From: Burkholderiales bacterium
Lineage (GTDB): Bacteria > Pseudomonadota > Gammaproteobacteria > Burkholderiales > SG8-41
Direction: 5' to 3'
Assembly: GCA_036555615.1 (NCBI GenBank)
Contig: DATBKZ010000054.1
Span: 660-64,659, forward strand
DNA: 64,000 nucleotides
The notes beneath the pieces are model-generated. The model saw only the letters and a list, made by a program, of their open reading frames with translations. It ran no database searches and was not told where the DNA came from. This document shows, piece after piece, positions 26,711 through 34,806 of the stretch. Positions within the stretch are counted from its first letter, which is position 1, and each line of letters opens with the position of its first letter. Both the position numbers and the translations under genes were made by a program.

Positions 26711-27723
26711 AGGGTGACCCCGAGCGCCGCGAAAACGTGCTCGATGCGGTTAATGATAGTGGTATTGTCGCTGCCCGCAAACAGCAGCCCGGTCAGCCGC
26801 TTCTGCTCGTCGAGCACTGCCGATCCGCTGTCCCCGCCCTGGCTCATCGCACCTGCCAGGAGCTGATCGGTGAACTGGGCGATGCGCCCGGCTCCGTACT
26901 GCACGTTGACGGTGACGTCCACCTGCAGGATCTCGCCGGTCGTAAGTCCGGTGGTGCGCCCGCTCTTCTGGAGACGCATGCCGAGCGTGCCCTGAACCAA
27001 GCCCTGTATCCGGCCGATGCCGAGGATCTCGTCGGTCACGGCACCCGCGGCGAGCGGCCGAGCGATCGCCGCATCGACGAGGTTCGGCGTCTGCTGTATC
27101 GAGACGACGCGGTAGCGGGTCCGGCTGCCGATCAGGCCGCAGCCGGCGTTCAGGACCGCGCTTACCGCCCGGGCGAATCCGCATTCGCTCGGCGGCTCGG
27201 GCGCGACAAACGAGATCGGAACGAACGCCTCCAGGCTGGCGATGTGATCGTTGGCGATCGTGCCCCCGTCGTGCGGGCCCGGCTGCAGGATCGGGTCTCC
27301 GGCCGCGGCCTCGTTGCTGTTCGCGAGCACGTGGTTGTTGGACAGGATGAAGGTGTTGCCGCCCTTCCTGACGAGGCATCCGAGGGTGCCAGCGGTGATG
27401 TCGCGGTGGCCGATGCTCACACCCCCGGGCGCCGGCCGGAACCGCCCCGTTGGAGGCTGCAGCGCGCGGATGATCCCGGTCTCGACCACGTCCGTGGCGA
27501 CACCTCGAATCGTGTCGGGAACCCGGTCCGCCGCCGCAAGCGCCGAGACCGGCAGCTTCCTCGCGACCGAGCACACCACGCACGGCAACGGCGTGCGCTT
27601 GCCACCGGTGACCTTGTACCCCGCGCCCGTGGCGAGTACGTTGCGGCGCGCAAGCAGCTCGCGGGACACCTCACGAAGCGCGGAACGTACGGGTTCGATC
27701 GATTCGGCCATGCGCGTCTCCAA
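26707..27723 (-). CDS. Chymotrypsin-fold (S1-like) serine protease without a recognisable signal peptide
   Basis: 338-aa ORF. Candidate catalytic triad: His in LSNNHVLAN, Asp in LVDAAIARP, Ser in QGGDSGSAVL. It has an N-terminal domain of about 90 aa. Confidence 0.75.
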   Translation of the reverse strand: METRMAESIEPVRSALREVSRELLARRNVLATGAGYKVTGGKRTPLPCVVCSVARKLPVSALAAADRVPDTIRGVATDVVETGIIRALQPPTGRFRPAPGGVSIGHRDITAGTLGCLVRKGGNTFILSNNHVLANSNEAAAGDPILQPGPHDGGTIANDHIASLEAFVPISFVAPEPPSECGFARAVSAVLNAGCGLIGSRTRYRVVSIQQTPNLVDAAIARPLAAGAVTDEILGIGRIQGLVQGTLGMRLQKSGRTTGLTTGEILQVDVTVNVQYGAGRIAQFTDQLLAGAMSQGGDSGSAVLDEQKRLTGLLFAGSDNTTIINRIEHVFAALGVTL

Positions 27724-27865
27724 TCTTTCGACTCCCGGCTCCCGTCGTCGGTTTCCTTCACCCTGCGCGCACTTGCGTCGCCAGGGGGCGACACATGCGT
27801 GCCAGCGAGGCGTCGCGCGGCGGGAACCGGTCGCCCGCGCACCGCAACGAAGTAGAATTCATTCG

Positions 27866-30196
27866 ATGTCCCTATTCAGGAATCTCCGGCGCAGGGTGCC
27901 GCGCCTCGGGAAGTTCGGGCGCTATGTCCGCTATGCCGCGCTCGGAATCGCACTGTTCGCGGCGGCCGTCACGCTATACCTCGACCTCCGCGTGCGCAGC
28001 GAATTCGAGGGCCGGCGCTTTGCGCTGCCCGCGCGCATCTATGCCCGCCCGCTGGAGCTGCACGCCGGGCTGCGCATCCCGCAGGCGAGCATCGTGGAGG
28101 AGCTGCGGCGGGCCGGCTACCACGAGGCGCGGCGCGAGGGCGAGTCGGGGTGGTTCATCCGCGACGGCGACGGACTGGAGATCGCGCTGCGGCCGTTTGT
28201 GTTCTGGGACGGGCCGCAGCCTGCGACGCGCGTCCGCGTGGCGTTCGAAAACGGCGCAGTGGCGTCGCTGCGCGACGCGGAAGGCCGGAACCTGCCCCTC
28301 CTGCGCCTGGAGCCCCTGGCGATCGGCGGCATCTACCCCGCGAACAATGAGGATCGCGTGCTCGTGCGGCTCGGCGAGGTGCCCAGGCATCTGGTGCAGG
28401 CGCTGCTCGCGACGGAGGACCGCAACTTCTACTCGCACGGCGGGTTTGATCCGCGCGGCATCGCGCGCGCAGCCGTGAGCTTCGTCCGCGGAAAGGGGCT
28501 GCAGGGGGGCAGCACGGTGACGCAGCAGCTGGTGAAGAATTTCTTCCTGAGCCCCGAGCGCACGTTGCGGCGCAAGGTGACCGAGCTTCTCATGGCGGTG
28601 CTGCTCGAGCTGCACTATGACAAGGACGAGATCCTCGAGACCTATCTCAACGAGATCTATCTCGGCCAGGACCGCGACCGCGCCATCCACGGCGTCGGGC
28701 TCGCCTCGCTTCACTACTTCGGCAAGACGGTCCAGCACCTGACGCTCGCGGAGAGCGCGCTGCTCGTCGCCATGTTGAAGGGCCCGGGCTATTACGACCC
28801 CTACCGCCACCCCCAGCGCGTGCTCGAGCGGCGCAACATGGTCCTGCGCGAGACCCGGGACCTGGGCTACGCCACGAAGGAGCAGTATGCGGTCGCGCGG
28901 GCCGCGGGCCTCGGAGTGAATCCGAAGGGCGCGCTCGGCACCTCGCCACACCCGGCATTTCTCGAGCTCGTGCACCGGCAGCTGCGGCGGGACTACGACG
29001 AGGCCGACCTGCGCTCGGAGGGCTTGCGGGTGTTCACCACGCTTGATCCCCGCGTGCAGGCCGTCGCGGAGCGCGTGCTCGAGCGCAAGCTTGCGCAGTA
29101 CGACAAGGAGAAGCGCTTCGGCCCGCCCGGCCTCGAAGGCGCGATCGTGGTCACCGACGTCCAGACCGGCGAAGTGCAGGCGCTGGTCGGCGGACGCGAC
29201 GTGCGCTTCCGCGGCTTCAACCGCGCGCTCGATGCGGGGCGCCCCGTGGGCTCGCTCCTGAAGCCGGTGATCTACCTCACGGCGCTGGCCGATCCCTCGC
29301 GCTATACCCTGGTCACGCCGATCGAGGACACGCCCTTCGTCTGGAAGAGCCGGGGCGCGCCGGACTGGCAGCCGCAGAACTTCGACAAGACTTTCCACGG
29401 GCCGGTGCAGCTGCGCACGGCGCTGGCGCTCTCCTACAACGCCGCGACCGCGCGGCTGGGCACCGACATCGGCATCGACCGCGTGCTCGCCACCGTGAAG
29501 CGTCTCGGCATCGAGCGCGAGCTGAAGCCGTACGCGGCGACGCTTCTCGGCGCGGTCGAGCTCTCGCCGCTCGAGGTCGCGCAGATGTACCAGACGATCG
29601 CGAGCGCGGGATTCCGCGCGCCGCTGCGCGCGATCCGCGAGGTGACGACGCAGGATGGCCGGCCGCTGCAGCCCTATCCCCTCAAGGTGGAGCAGGCGCT
29701 CGCGCCCGAGCCGACGTACCTGCTTACCGCCGCGATGCAGGGCGTCGTGAGCGAGGGCACGGCCGAGGCGCTCAAGAACTGGCTGCCGCCGGAAGCCGCC
29801 GTCGCGGGAAAGACCGGAACGACGGACGAGCAGCGCGACGCGTGGTTCGCGGGCTTCACCGGCGACCGGCTCGCCGTCGTGTGGCTCGGCTACGATGACA
29901 ACCGCGCGGCGAATCTTTCGGGCGCGGCTGCGGCGCTGCCTCTGTGGGGCGAGCTGATGGCGGCGCTCGATCCGCTGCCGCTGGCGCCGCCCCGGCCGGA
30001 TGGCATCGAGCTCGTGCTGATCGACCCGCAAAGCGGGCTGCGCGCCGACGCGCTCTGTCCCGGCGCGCTGGAGCTGCCGTTCGCGCACGGCTCGGCGCCG
30101 GTAGAGCGCGCGCCCTGTGCCTCGGCGCTGGGCGTCGCGGTCGAAGAGGTGAAGCAGCAGGCGAAGAGCTGGTTCGAGCGCCTCTTCGGGCGATGA
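27866..30196 (+). CDS. mrcB: Class A penicillin-binding protein 1B (bifunctional glycosyltransferase/transpeptidase)
   Basis: 776 aa from ATG 27866. It has a TM anchor, a UB2H-like insert, GT51 motifs (EDRNFYSHGGFD, GGSTVTQQLVKN, RKVTELLMAVLLE) and transpeptidase motifs including KTGTT. Confidence 0.9.
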   Translation: MSLFRNLRRRVPRLGKFGRYVRYAALGIALFAAAVTLYLDLRVRSEFEGRRFALPARIYARPLELHAGLRIPQASIVEELRRAGYHEARREGESGWFIRDGDGLEIALRPFVFWDGPQPATRVRVAFENGAVASLRDAEGRNLPLLRLEPLAIGGIYPANNEDRVLVRLGEVPRHLVQALLATEDRNFYSHGGFDPRGIARAAVSFVRGKGLQGGSTVTQQLVKNFFLSPERTLRRKVTELLMAVLLELHYDKDEILETYLNEIYLGQDRDRAIHGVGLASLHYFGKTVQHLTLAESALLVAMLKGPGYYDPYRHPQRVLERRNMVLRETRDLGYATKEQYAVARAAGLGVNPKGALGTSPHPAFLELVHRQLRRDYDEADLRSEGLRVFTTLDPRVQAVAERVLERKLAQYDKEKRFGPPGLEGAIVVTDVQTGEVQALVGGRDVRFRGFNRALDAGRPVGSLLKPVIYLTALADPSRYTLVTPIEDTPFVWKSRGAPDWQPQNFDKTFHGPVQLRTALALSYNAATARLGTDIGIDRVLATVKRLGIERELKPYAATLLGAVELSPLEVAQMYQTIASAGFRAPLRAIREVTTQDGRPLQPYPLKVEQALAPEPTYLLTAAMQGVVSEGTAEALKNWLPPEAAVAGKTGTTDEQRDAWFAGFTGDRLAVVWLGYDDNRAANLSGAAAALPLWGELMAALDPLPLAPPRPDGIELVLIDPQSGLRADALCPGALELPFAHGSAPVERAPCASALGVAVEEVKQQAKSWFERLFGR

Positions 30197-30630
30197 GATA
30201 CCTCCTTGCAGTGGCGGCGATCCTCGGCGGCTGCGCTGCCGTAGAGCAGCGGGCGCCCGTGTCGGATTCCATGCCGTCGCCTGCGCCAGCTCCGTCGACG
30301 ATCAGCGCGAGCGCGGCCGTGGCGAGCCTCGTGGCGAGTGCGCGCGCGGACATGGCCGCCGGACGGCTCACGCACGCGGCGGCCTCCCTCGAGCGCGCGC
30401 TTCGCATCGAGCCGCGCAATCCGCGCCTGTGGCAGGAGCTTGCGCGCGTGCGCCTGCAGCAAGGCGACTACGCGCAAGCCGAGAGCGTTGCGGCGCGCTC
30501 CAACTCGTGGGCCGGCCAGGACAGCCGGCTGCGTGCGGAGAACTGGCGCCTGATCGCGCAATCACGCGAGGCGCGCGGAGACGCGGCAGGCGCCCGCGCA
30601 GCGCTCGAAGCCGCCGACCGGTATCGGTGA
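30193..30630 (+). CDS. TPR-containing lipoprotein, LpoP-like candidate PBP1B activator
   Basis: 145 aa. The ATG overlaps the mrcB stop (ATGA). It has a lipobox (AILGGC), a Pro/Ser/Ala linker, then TPR-like helices (LERALRIEPRNPRLWQELARVRLQQGDYAQAE). Confidence 0.6.
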   Translation: MRYLLAVAAILGGCAAVEQRAPVSDSMPSPAPAPSTISASAAVASLVASARADMAAGRLTHAAASLERALRIEPRNPRLWQELARVRLQQGDYAQAESVAARSNSWAGQDSRLRAENWRLIAQSREARGDAAGARAALEAADRYR

Positions 30631-31475
30631 GGCGCGCGGGCGCGGCCGGTTCCCGCAAGGCGCGAGCGCGCCGTGTCCGGCTGGCATTCGTCCAGCCGCT
30701 CTCACGCTCGGGCCGGCGGGTGCTCCGGGAGCTGTGGGCCGCGCCGCTGCCGGTGCGGTTCGTCGCGGGGACGGCTGCCGTGCTGGTGCTCGTGCTGGCG
30801 CTCAACTGGCTCTACCAGGTGATCCGCAAGCCCGCCGAGATGTTCTTCCCGGTGAGCGGCGCGCTGCACAAGACGCCGGCCGAGACGTGGCGGCAGTACG
30901 GGACGCTCTTTCGCGCGCATTCCACCGCTGTCATGACGCCGGAGCTGCTGGCGGCGCTCGCCCAGGTCGAAGGCTCGGGCAACCCGGTGGCGCGGACCTA
31001 CTGGCGCTGGCGGCTCACCTGGAATCCATTCGAGATGTACCAGCCCGCCTCGAGCGCAGTCGGGATGTATCAGATCACGAACGCGGCGTTCCGCGATGCG
31101 CGGCGCTTCTGCATTCACCATCACGTCGTCGTGGAGGACGGCCCGTGGAGCCACTGGAGGTCGTGCTGGTTCAACGGCCTCTACACCCGCGTCATTCCCA
31201 GCCACGCCATTGAGATGACTTCCGCGTTCCTCGACCGCAGCGTCGCGCGGACGCTCGCGCGCCAGCGCGTGGCCGAGGCGACGCTCCAGCAGCAACAGGA
31301 TCTCGCCTCCGTCATTCACTTGTGCGGGCCGGGAACGGCAGACGCCTACGCGCGGCGGGGCTTCCAGCTCGCGGCCGCCACGCGCTGTGGCGACCATGAC
31401 GTGAGGAACTATCTCGCGCGAGTGAACGCGATGAAGCGCCAGTTCACGTGGCTTGCGGCTGCCGGAGGCCGGTGA
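30627..31475 (+). CDS. Membrane-anchored lytic transglycosylase (SLT-domain) protein
   Basis: GTG 30627 overlaps the preceding stop (GTGA). It has one TM segment (AAVLVLVLALNWLY), the catalytic-Glu motif ALAQVEGSGNP, and SAVGMYQIT. Confidence 0.7.
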   Translation: MRRAGAAGSRKARARRVRLAFVQPLSRSGRRVLRELWAAPLPVRFVAGTAAVLVLVLALNWLYQVIRKPAEMFFPVSGALHKTPAETWRQYGTLFRAHSTAVMTPELLAALAQVEGSGNPVARTYWRWRLTWNPFEMYQPASSAVGMYQITNAAFRDARRFCIHHHVVVEDGPWSHWRSCWFNGLYTRVIPSHAIEMTSAFLDRSVARTLARQRVAEATLQQQQDLASVIHLCGPGTADAYARRGFQLAAATRCGDHDVRNYLARVNAMKRQFTWLAAAGGR

Positions 31476-31500
31476 CGAGGCGCGGCGCGCACCGCGCCCG

Positions 31501-32475
31501 CTACTCCGGGCGCAATCCGATCTGGCGAACGAGCTTGGCGAACTTGTCCACCTCGCGCCTCATGTGGGCTGCGAGATCCTCGGGCCGATTGCCGATGCTG
31601 ACGAAACCGGCGTCGCCGAGGCGCTTCGCGGTTTCGGGAATCTTCAACGCAGCGACCGCCGCCTTGTGCACGGTATCGACGACGGTTTTCGGCGCCTTGG
31701 CGGGCGCCATCAGGCCGGCCCAGCTCGCGAACTCGTATCCGGGGACGGTCTCGGCGATCGCTGGCACCTCGGACAGCTCGCGCAGCCGCGTTGCCGTCGT
31801 CACACCGAGCGGCCTGAGCCGCTTGCCGGAAATGTGCGGCATCCCGGTCGAGATGGGAGTGAAATACACCGCGGTTTCGCCGGAGGCGATCGCGGTCAGG
31901 GCGGGGCCGCCGCCCTTGTAGGCGACATGCAGCATCTTGATTCTCACCATGCTGTTGAAATGCTCCGCCGCGAGATGCGTGCCGCTGCCGGTGCCGGCGG
32001 AGGAAAAGCCGATCGCGCCGGGACGCGCCCGCGCCAGGCTCACCAGCTCCCGCACGGACCGGGCGGGCAGGGACGGGTGCACGACCAGCACGAACGCAGA
32101 CACCGCAAGCTGCGTGATCGGGGCAAAGTCGGTGAATATGTCGTAGCCAAGCTTGGGATAGAGCGCGGTATTGATCGGGTGGTTGGTGTGGATCATGAAC
32201 AGAACGTAGCCGTCCGCCGGGGCCCTGGCCGCCACCTCGGCACCGATGTTCCCGCCGGCGCCGGCGCGATTCTCGACGACGATCTGCTGGCCGAGCACCT
32301 GCGCGAGGCCTGCCGCGACGATGCGGGCGAGGACATCGGGATTGCTGCCCGCCGAGCTTGCCACGATGAGCCGAACCGGCTTGACCGGGTAGCTCTGCGC
32401 CGACGCATCGCACAGGTGCAGAAGAATCGCCAGGCTAAGAGCGAGCGTTCGTGCAACTTGGGGACGCGCTGTCAC
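31501..32475 (-). CDS. Bug/TctC-family substrate-binding protein
   Basis: Probable GTG start at 32475 (VTARPQVARTLALSLAILL...). It has KPVRLIVASSAGSNPD and VAYKGGGPALTAIASGE. Confidence 0.85.
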   Translation of the reverse strand: MTARPQVARTLALSLAILLHLCDASAQSYPVKPVRLIVASSAGSNPDVLARIVAAGLAQVLGQQIVVENRAGAGGNIGAEVAARAPADGYVLFMIHTNHPINTALYPKLGYDIFTDFAPITQLAVSAFVLVVHPSLPARSVRELVSLARARPGAIGFSSAGTGSGTHLAAEHFNSMVRIKMLHVAYKGGGPALTAIASGETAVYFTPISTGMPHISGKRLRPLGVTTATRLRELSEVPAIAETVPGYEFASWAGLMAPAKAPKTVVDTVHKAAVAALKIPETAKRLGDAGFVSIGNRPEDLAAHMRREVDKFAKLVRQIGLRPE

Positions 32476-32659
32476 GGGGCAGGGAAGCAGGGCAGATTGG
32501 ACTCTTGATAAAGTATCGCGCCAAACCCCTGCCGGCGCCACCGCAATGCGGGCTCCGTTCCGGTGGCACGTAACCGACACCAACTACCCCTGATGAACCT
32601 CCCGGCTTCGCACCCCCCGTTGTCAAAGGGGCAGGGGGATCGGGAGGCGCGGTGACAGA

Positions 32660-33535
32660 ATGACGCGGGACGGTTTGCCCTCGGCTGTGCGCGGCGCCTT
32701 GTGGATGGGAGGCGCGTTGCTGTCGTTCATGCTCATGGCGGTTGCCGTGCGCGAGCTGCTGCGCACGCTGGGCAGCTTCGAGATCGTCTTTCTGCGCAGC
32801 CTGGTCTCGCTCCTCATGGTGCTGGCGGTGCTGCCGTGGTTCGGCATGCGGGCGCTGCGCACTCGCCACTTCGGCGTGCATCTCGCGCGCAACGTCTTCC
32901 ACTACGGCGGCCAGTTCGCGTGGGTGTATGCGATCGGGATGCTGCCGCTCGCGACTGTTTTCGCGATCGAGTTCACGATGCCGGTATGGACCGCCGTGCT
33001 CGCCGTGCTGATCCTGGGCGAGCGGCTGGACCGCGGCCGGGCCGTCATGCTTGCCCTGGGCGTAGCCGGCATACTCATCATCCTGAAGCCGGGCTTCGCG
33101 CAGGTACCGCCAGCCGCGTTCGTGATGCTCGGGGGATCGTTTGCCTATGCCGCGACCATGATTGCGACCAAGCGCCTCGCGGGGCACGACACCGCGTTCG
33201 CGGTGCTGTTCTACATGTCGGCGATCCAGGTTCCGCTCGGCCTGCTTCCGGCGCTTCCGGGCTGGGTCAACCCCGGGCTGGCCGAGCTGCCGTGGATCAT
33301 CGCGGTCGGCGCGAGCGGGCTCGCCGCGCATTTCTGCCTGACGCGGGCCCTGCGCGCCGCGGACGCGGCGCTCGTCGTTCCGATCGATTTTCTGCGGTTG
33401 CCGTTGATCGCCGTGGTCGGCGTGGCGCTCTACGGCGAGCCGCTCGAGCTCACAACGCTGCTCGGGGCGGCGGTGATATTTTCCGGCACCTACTACAGCA
33501 TTCGCCGCGAGAGCCGCGCCCCGAGGCGGCCGTGA
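32660..33535 (+). CDS. DMT-superfamily (EamA-like) transporter
   Basis: 291 aa with about 10 predicted TM helices and two EamA-like halves. Confidence 0.85.
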   Translation: MTRDGLPSAVRGALWMGGALLSFMLMAVAVRELLRTLGSFEIVFLRSLVSLLMVLAVLPWFGMRALRTRHFGVHLARNVFHYGGQFAWVYAIGMLPLATVFAIEFTMPVWTAVLAVLILGERLDRGRAVMLALGVAGILIILKPGFAQVPPAAFVMLGGSFAYAATMIATKRLAGHDTAFAVLFYMSAIQVPLGLLPALPGWVNPGLAELPWIIAVGASGLAAHFCLTRALRAADAALVVPIDFLRLPLIAVVGVALYGEPLELTTLLGAAVIFSGTYYSIRRESRAPRRP

Positions 33536-33553
33536 ACGCTCCGCCTCGCGTCG

Positions 33554-33583
33554 AAAAAGCCGGGCGCAGGCCCGGTTTCTTCT
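33554..33583. terminator. Bidirectional intrinsic terminator
   Basis: AAAAA-GCCGGGC-gcag-GCCCGG-TTTCTTCTCT, between the convergent EamA gene (stop 33535) and the small gene ending at 33584. Confidence 0.5.
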
Positions 33584-33928
33584 CTAGCGCTCGCCGGGTT
33601 TCCCGATCCCGTCGAGCGACACGTCGGAGGGAATCTCTTCGCGGAAGCCGGGCTGGTGACGCTCGAGCACGACGGGGGGCTTGGCGCTGTTCTTCTTCGG
33701 GCGGCCGGGCCTGCTCGTGACGTAGAAAACCTTGAGTGGGGGGACAGCCGGCGGTTTTTCCAGGAACCGGCAGTCGGACTCCGAGGGGACGCTCACCAGC
33801 GTGCCGATGCGCGTCTTGCCGACGTGCACGGTGTAGCGGAGCATCTGCCTCGAATACGGGATGGGCTCCGCGATCACCTCGTACTTCCCGACCATGAACC
33901 GCGCGCGCCCTGCGACAGGATCACTCAT
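33584..33928 (-). CDS. Hypothetical protein (114 aa)
   Basis: ATG 33928 overlaps the upstream stop (ATGA). It reads MSDPVAGRARFMVGKYEVIAEPIPYSRQMLRYTVHVGKTRIGTLVSVPSESDCRFLEKPP.... Codon third positions are GC-rich. I do not recognise the family. Confidence 0.5.
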   Translation of the reverse strand: MSDPVAGRARFMVGKYEVIAEPIPYSRQMLRYTVHVGKTRIGTLVSVPSESDCRFLEKPPAVPPLKVFYVTSRPGRPKKNSAKPPVVLERHQPGFREEIPSDVSLDGIGKPGER

Positions 33929-34179
33929 GCGGCGGGTCCAGTCTCGAGTGACTTCTTTTCCGCCCGGAGGGCCCTGGACTTGGCGTTGGCGGCCTTTCGC
34001 CGCTCGCTCAGCACGGCGTCGCATCGCTCCCTGATTTCAGGGTCGTTGAGCCGTTCCGCGTTGGCGCGCAACTGCTGTATCTCGGTCGTCGTCAGGGCGG
34101 AGATCCGGTCGCTGGTCCATTCAATCTTGCGTGTCGGTCTTGCGATGTTCATGGTTGACATCCTCTTGCCTGTCGACAT
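33925..34179 (-). CDS. Hypothetical small protein (75-84 aa)
   Basis: The best start is probably ATG 34152 (MNIARPTRKIEWTSDRISALTTTEIQQLRANAERLNDPEIRERCDAVL...), 8 nt after AAGAGGA. I do not recognise the family. Confidence 0.5.
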   Translation of the reverse strand: MSTGKRMSTMNIARPTRKIEWTSDRISALTTTEIQQLRANAERLNDPEIRERCDAVLSERRKAANAKSRALRAEKKSLETGPAA

Positions 34180-34201
34180 TGCATCCGGACGTTGCTGCTG
34201 T

Positions 34202-34229
34202 AAAAAAAAAGAGCCCGGCGGGTCCGGGC
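34202..34229 (-). terminator. Rho-independent terminator (minus strand)
   Basis: The minus strand reads GCCCGG-acccg-CCGGGC-UC-UUUUUUUUU (6-bp GC stem, 5-nt loop, 9 U). It lies about 100 nt downstream of the DUF1330 gene. Confidence 0.7.
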
Positions 34230-34332
34230 CATCTGATTACGCATTATAACGCAGGACGCATTTGACTGCTGGCTTTTCTTGACCCGCCGAAATCCGGCTA
34301 CCGGGCGCGGGCCCCGCCCCGGCGCGCAAGGG

Positions 34333-34626
34333 TCACTCCACTCCAGCGACGATGCGCAGGTCCCGCACGGCTCCGTCCCCGAGCGCTTTCAGCGCCGCCT
34401 GGTAGCCGGGGCTGTCGTGCACGGACATCGCCTTCTCCACGCTCTCAAACTCGATCACCACCACGCGCTGCATGGCGCCCGCCTCGTAGACTTTTGTGGG
34501 ATCTCCGCGCACCAGGAATTTCGCGCCCGATGCCTGCATCACGGGCGCGGCGAGCTTGCGGTAGGCCTCGACTTTCGCGGGGTCCTTGATGGAGCGGAAC
34601 ATGTTGATCCAGTAGCCCTTCGCCAT
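34333..34626 (-). CDS. DUF1330-domain protein
   Basis: 97 aa from ATG 34626: MAKGYWINMFRSIKDPAKVEAYRKLAAPVMQASGAKFLVRGDP...VVVIEFESVEKAMSVHDSPGYQAALKALG. Confidence 0.8.
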   Translation of the reverse strand: MAKGYWINMFRSIKDPAKVEAYRKLAAPVMQASGAKFLVRGDPTKVYEAGAMQRVVVIEFESVEKAMSVHDSPGYQAALKALGDGAVRDLRIVAGVE

Positions 34627-34731
34627 ACCGGTGTCCTCCCGAACAGTGAAGGCGAAAGGATGAAGGAGGAACGCCGGAGCTGCAAGGCCAATACCGATAC
34701 CCCATGAAACGGGGGCGAGAATCGAGAAACT

Positions 34732-34745
34732 TTGATCGACATCAA
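34732..34745. promoter_or_regulatory. Perfect FNR/Dnr-type box TTGAT-CGAC-ATCAA
   Basis: Read directly. The centre is about 68 nt upstream of the hemerythrin ATG (34807), in the region divergent with the DUF1330 gene. Confidence 0.55.
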
Positions 34746-34806
34746 GCCCGCCCGCGCGGCCTCGGCGGAAGATAGCTCGCCGGGCCATCCGGAGCAAAGG
34801 AATGCC

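Noticed and set aside
27974-30088. 704-aa minus-strand ORF
   Set aside because: It is antisense to the mrcB gene, which has unambiguous GT51 and transpeptidase motifs. Its composition is Arg/Ala-rich and it has no motifs.
34243-34248. Perfect TATAAT on the minus strand upstream of the small-protein pair
   Set aside because: There is no acceptable -35 or extended -10. On that strand it lies upstream of the strong terminator (34202-34229), so a transcript from it would terminate before reaching the genes. It is probably incidental in AT-rich DNA.
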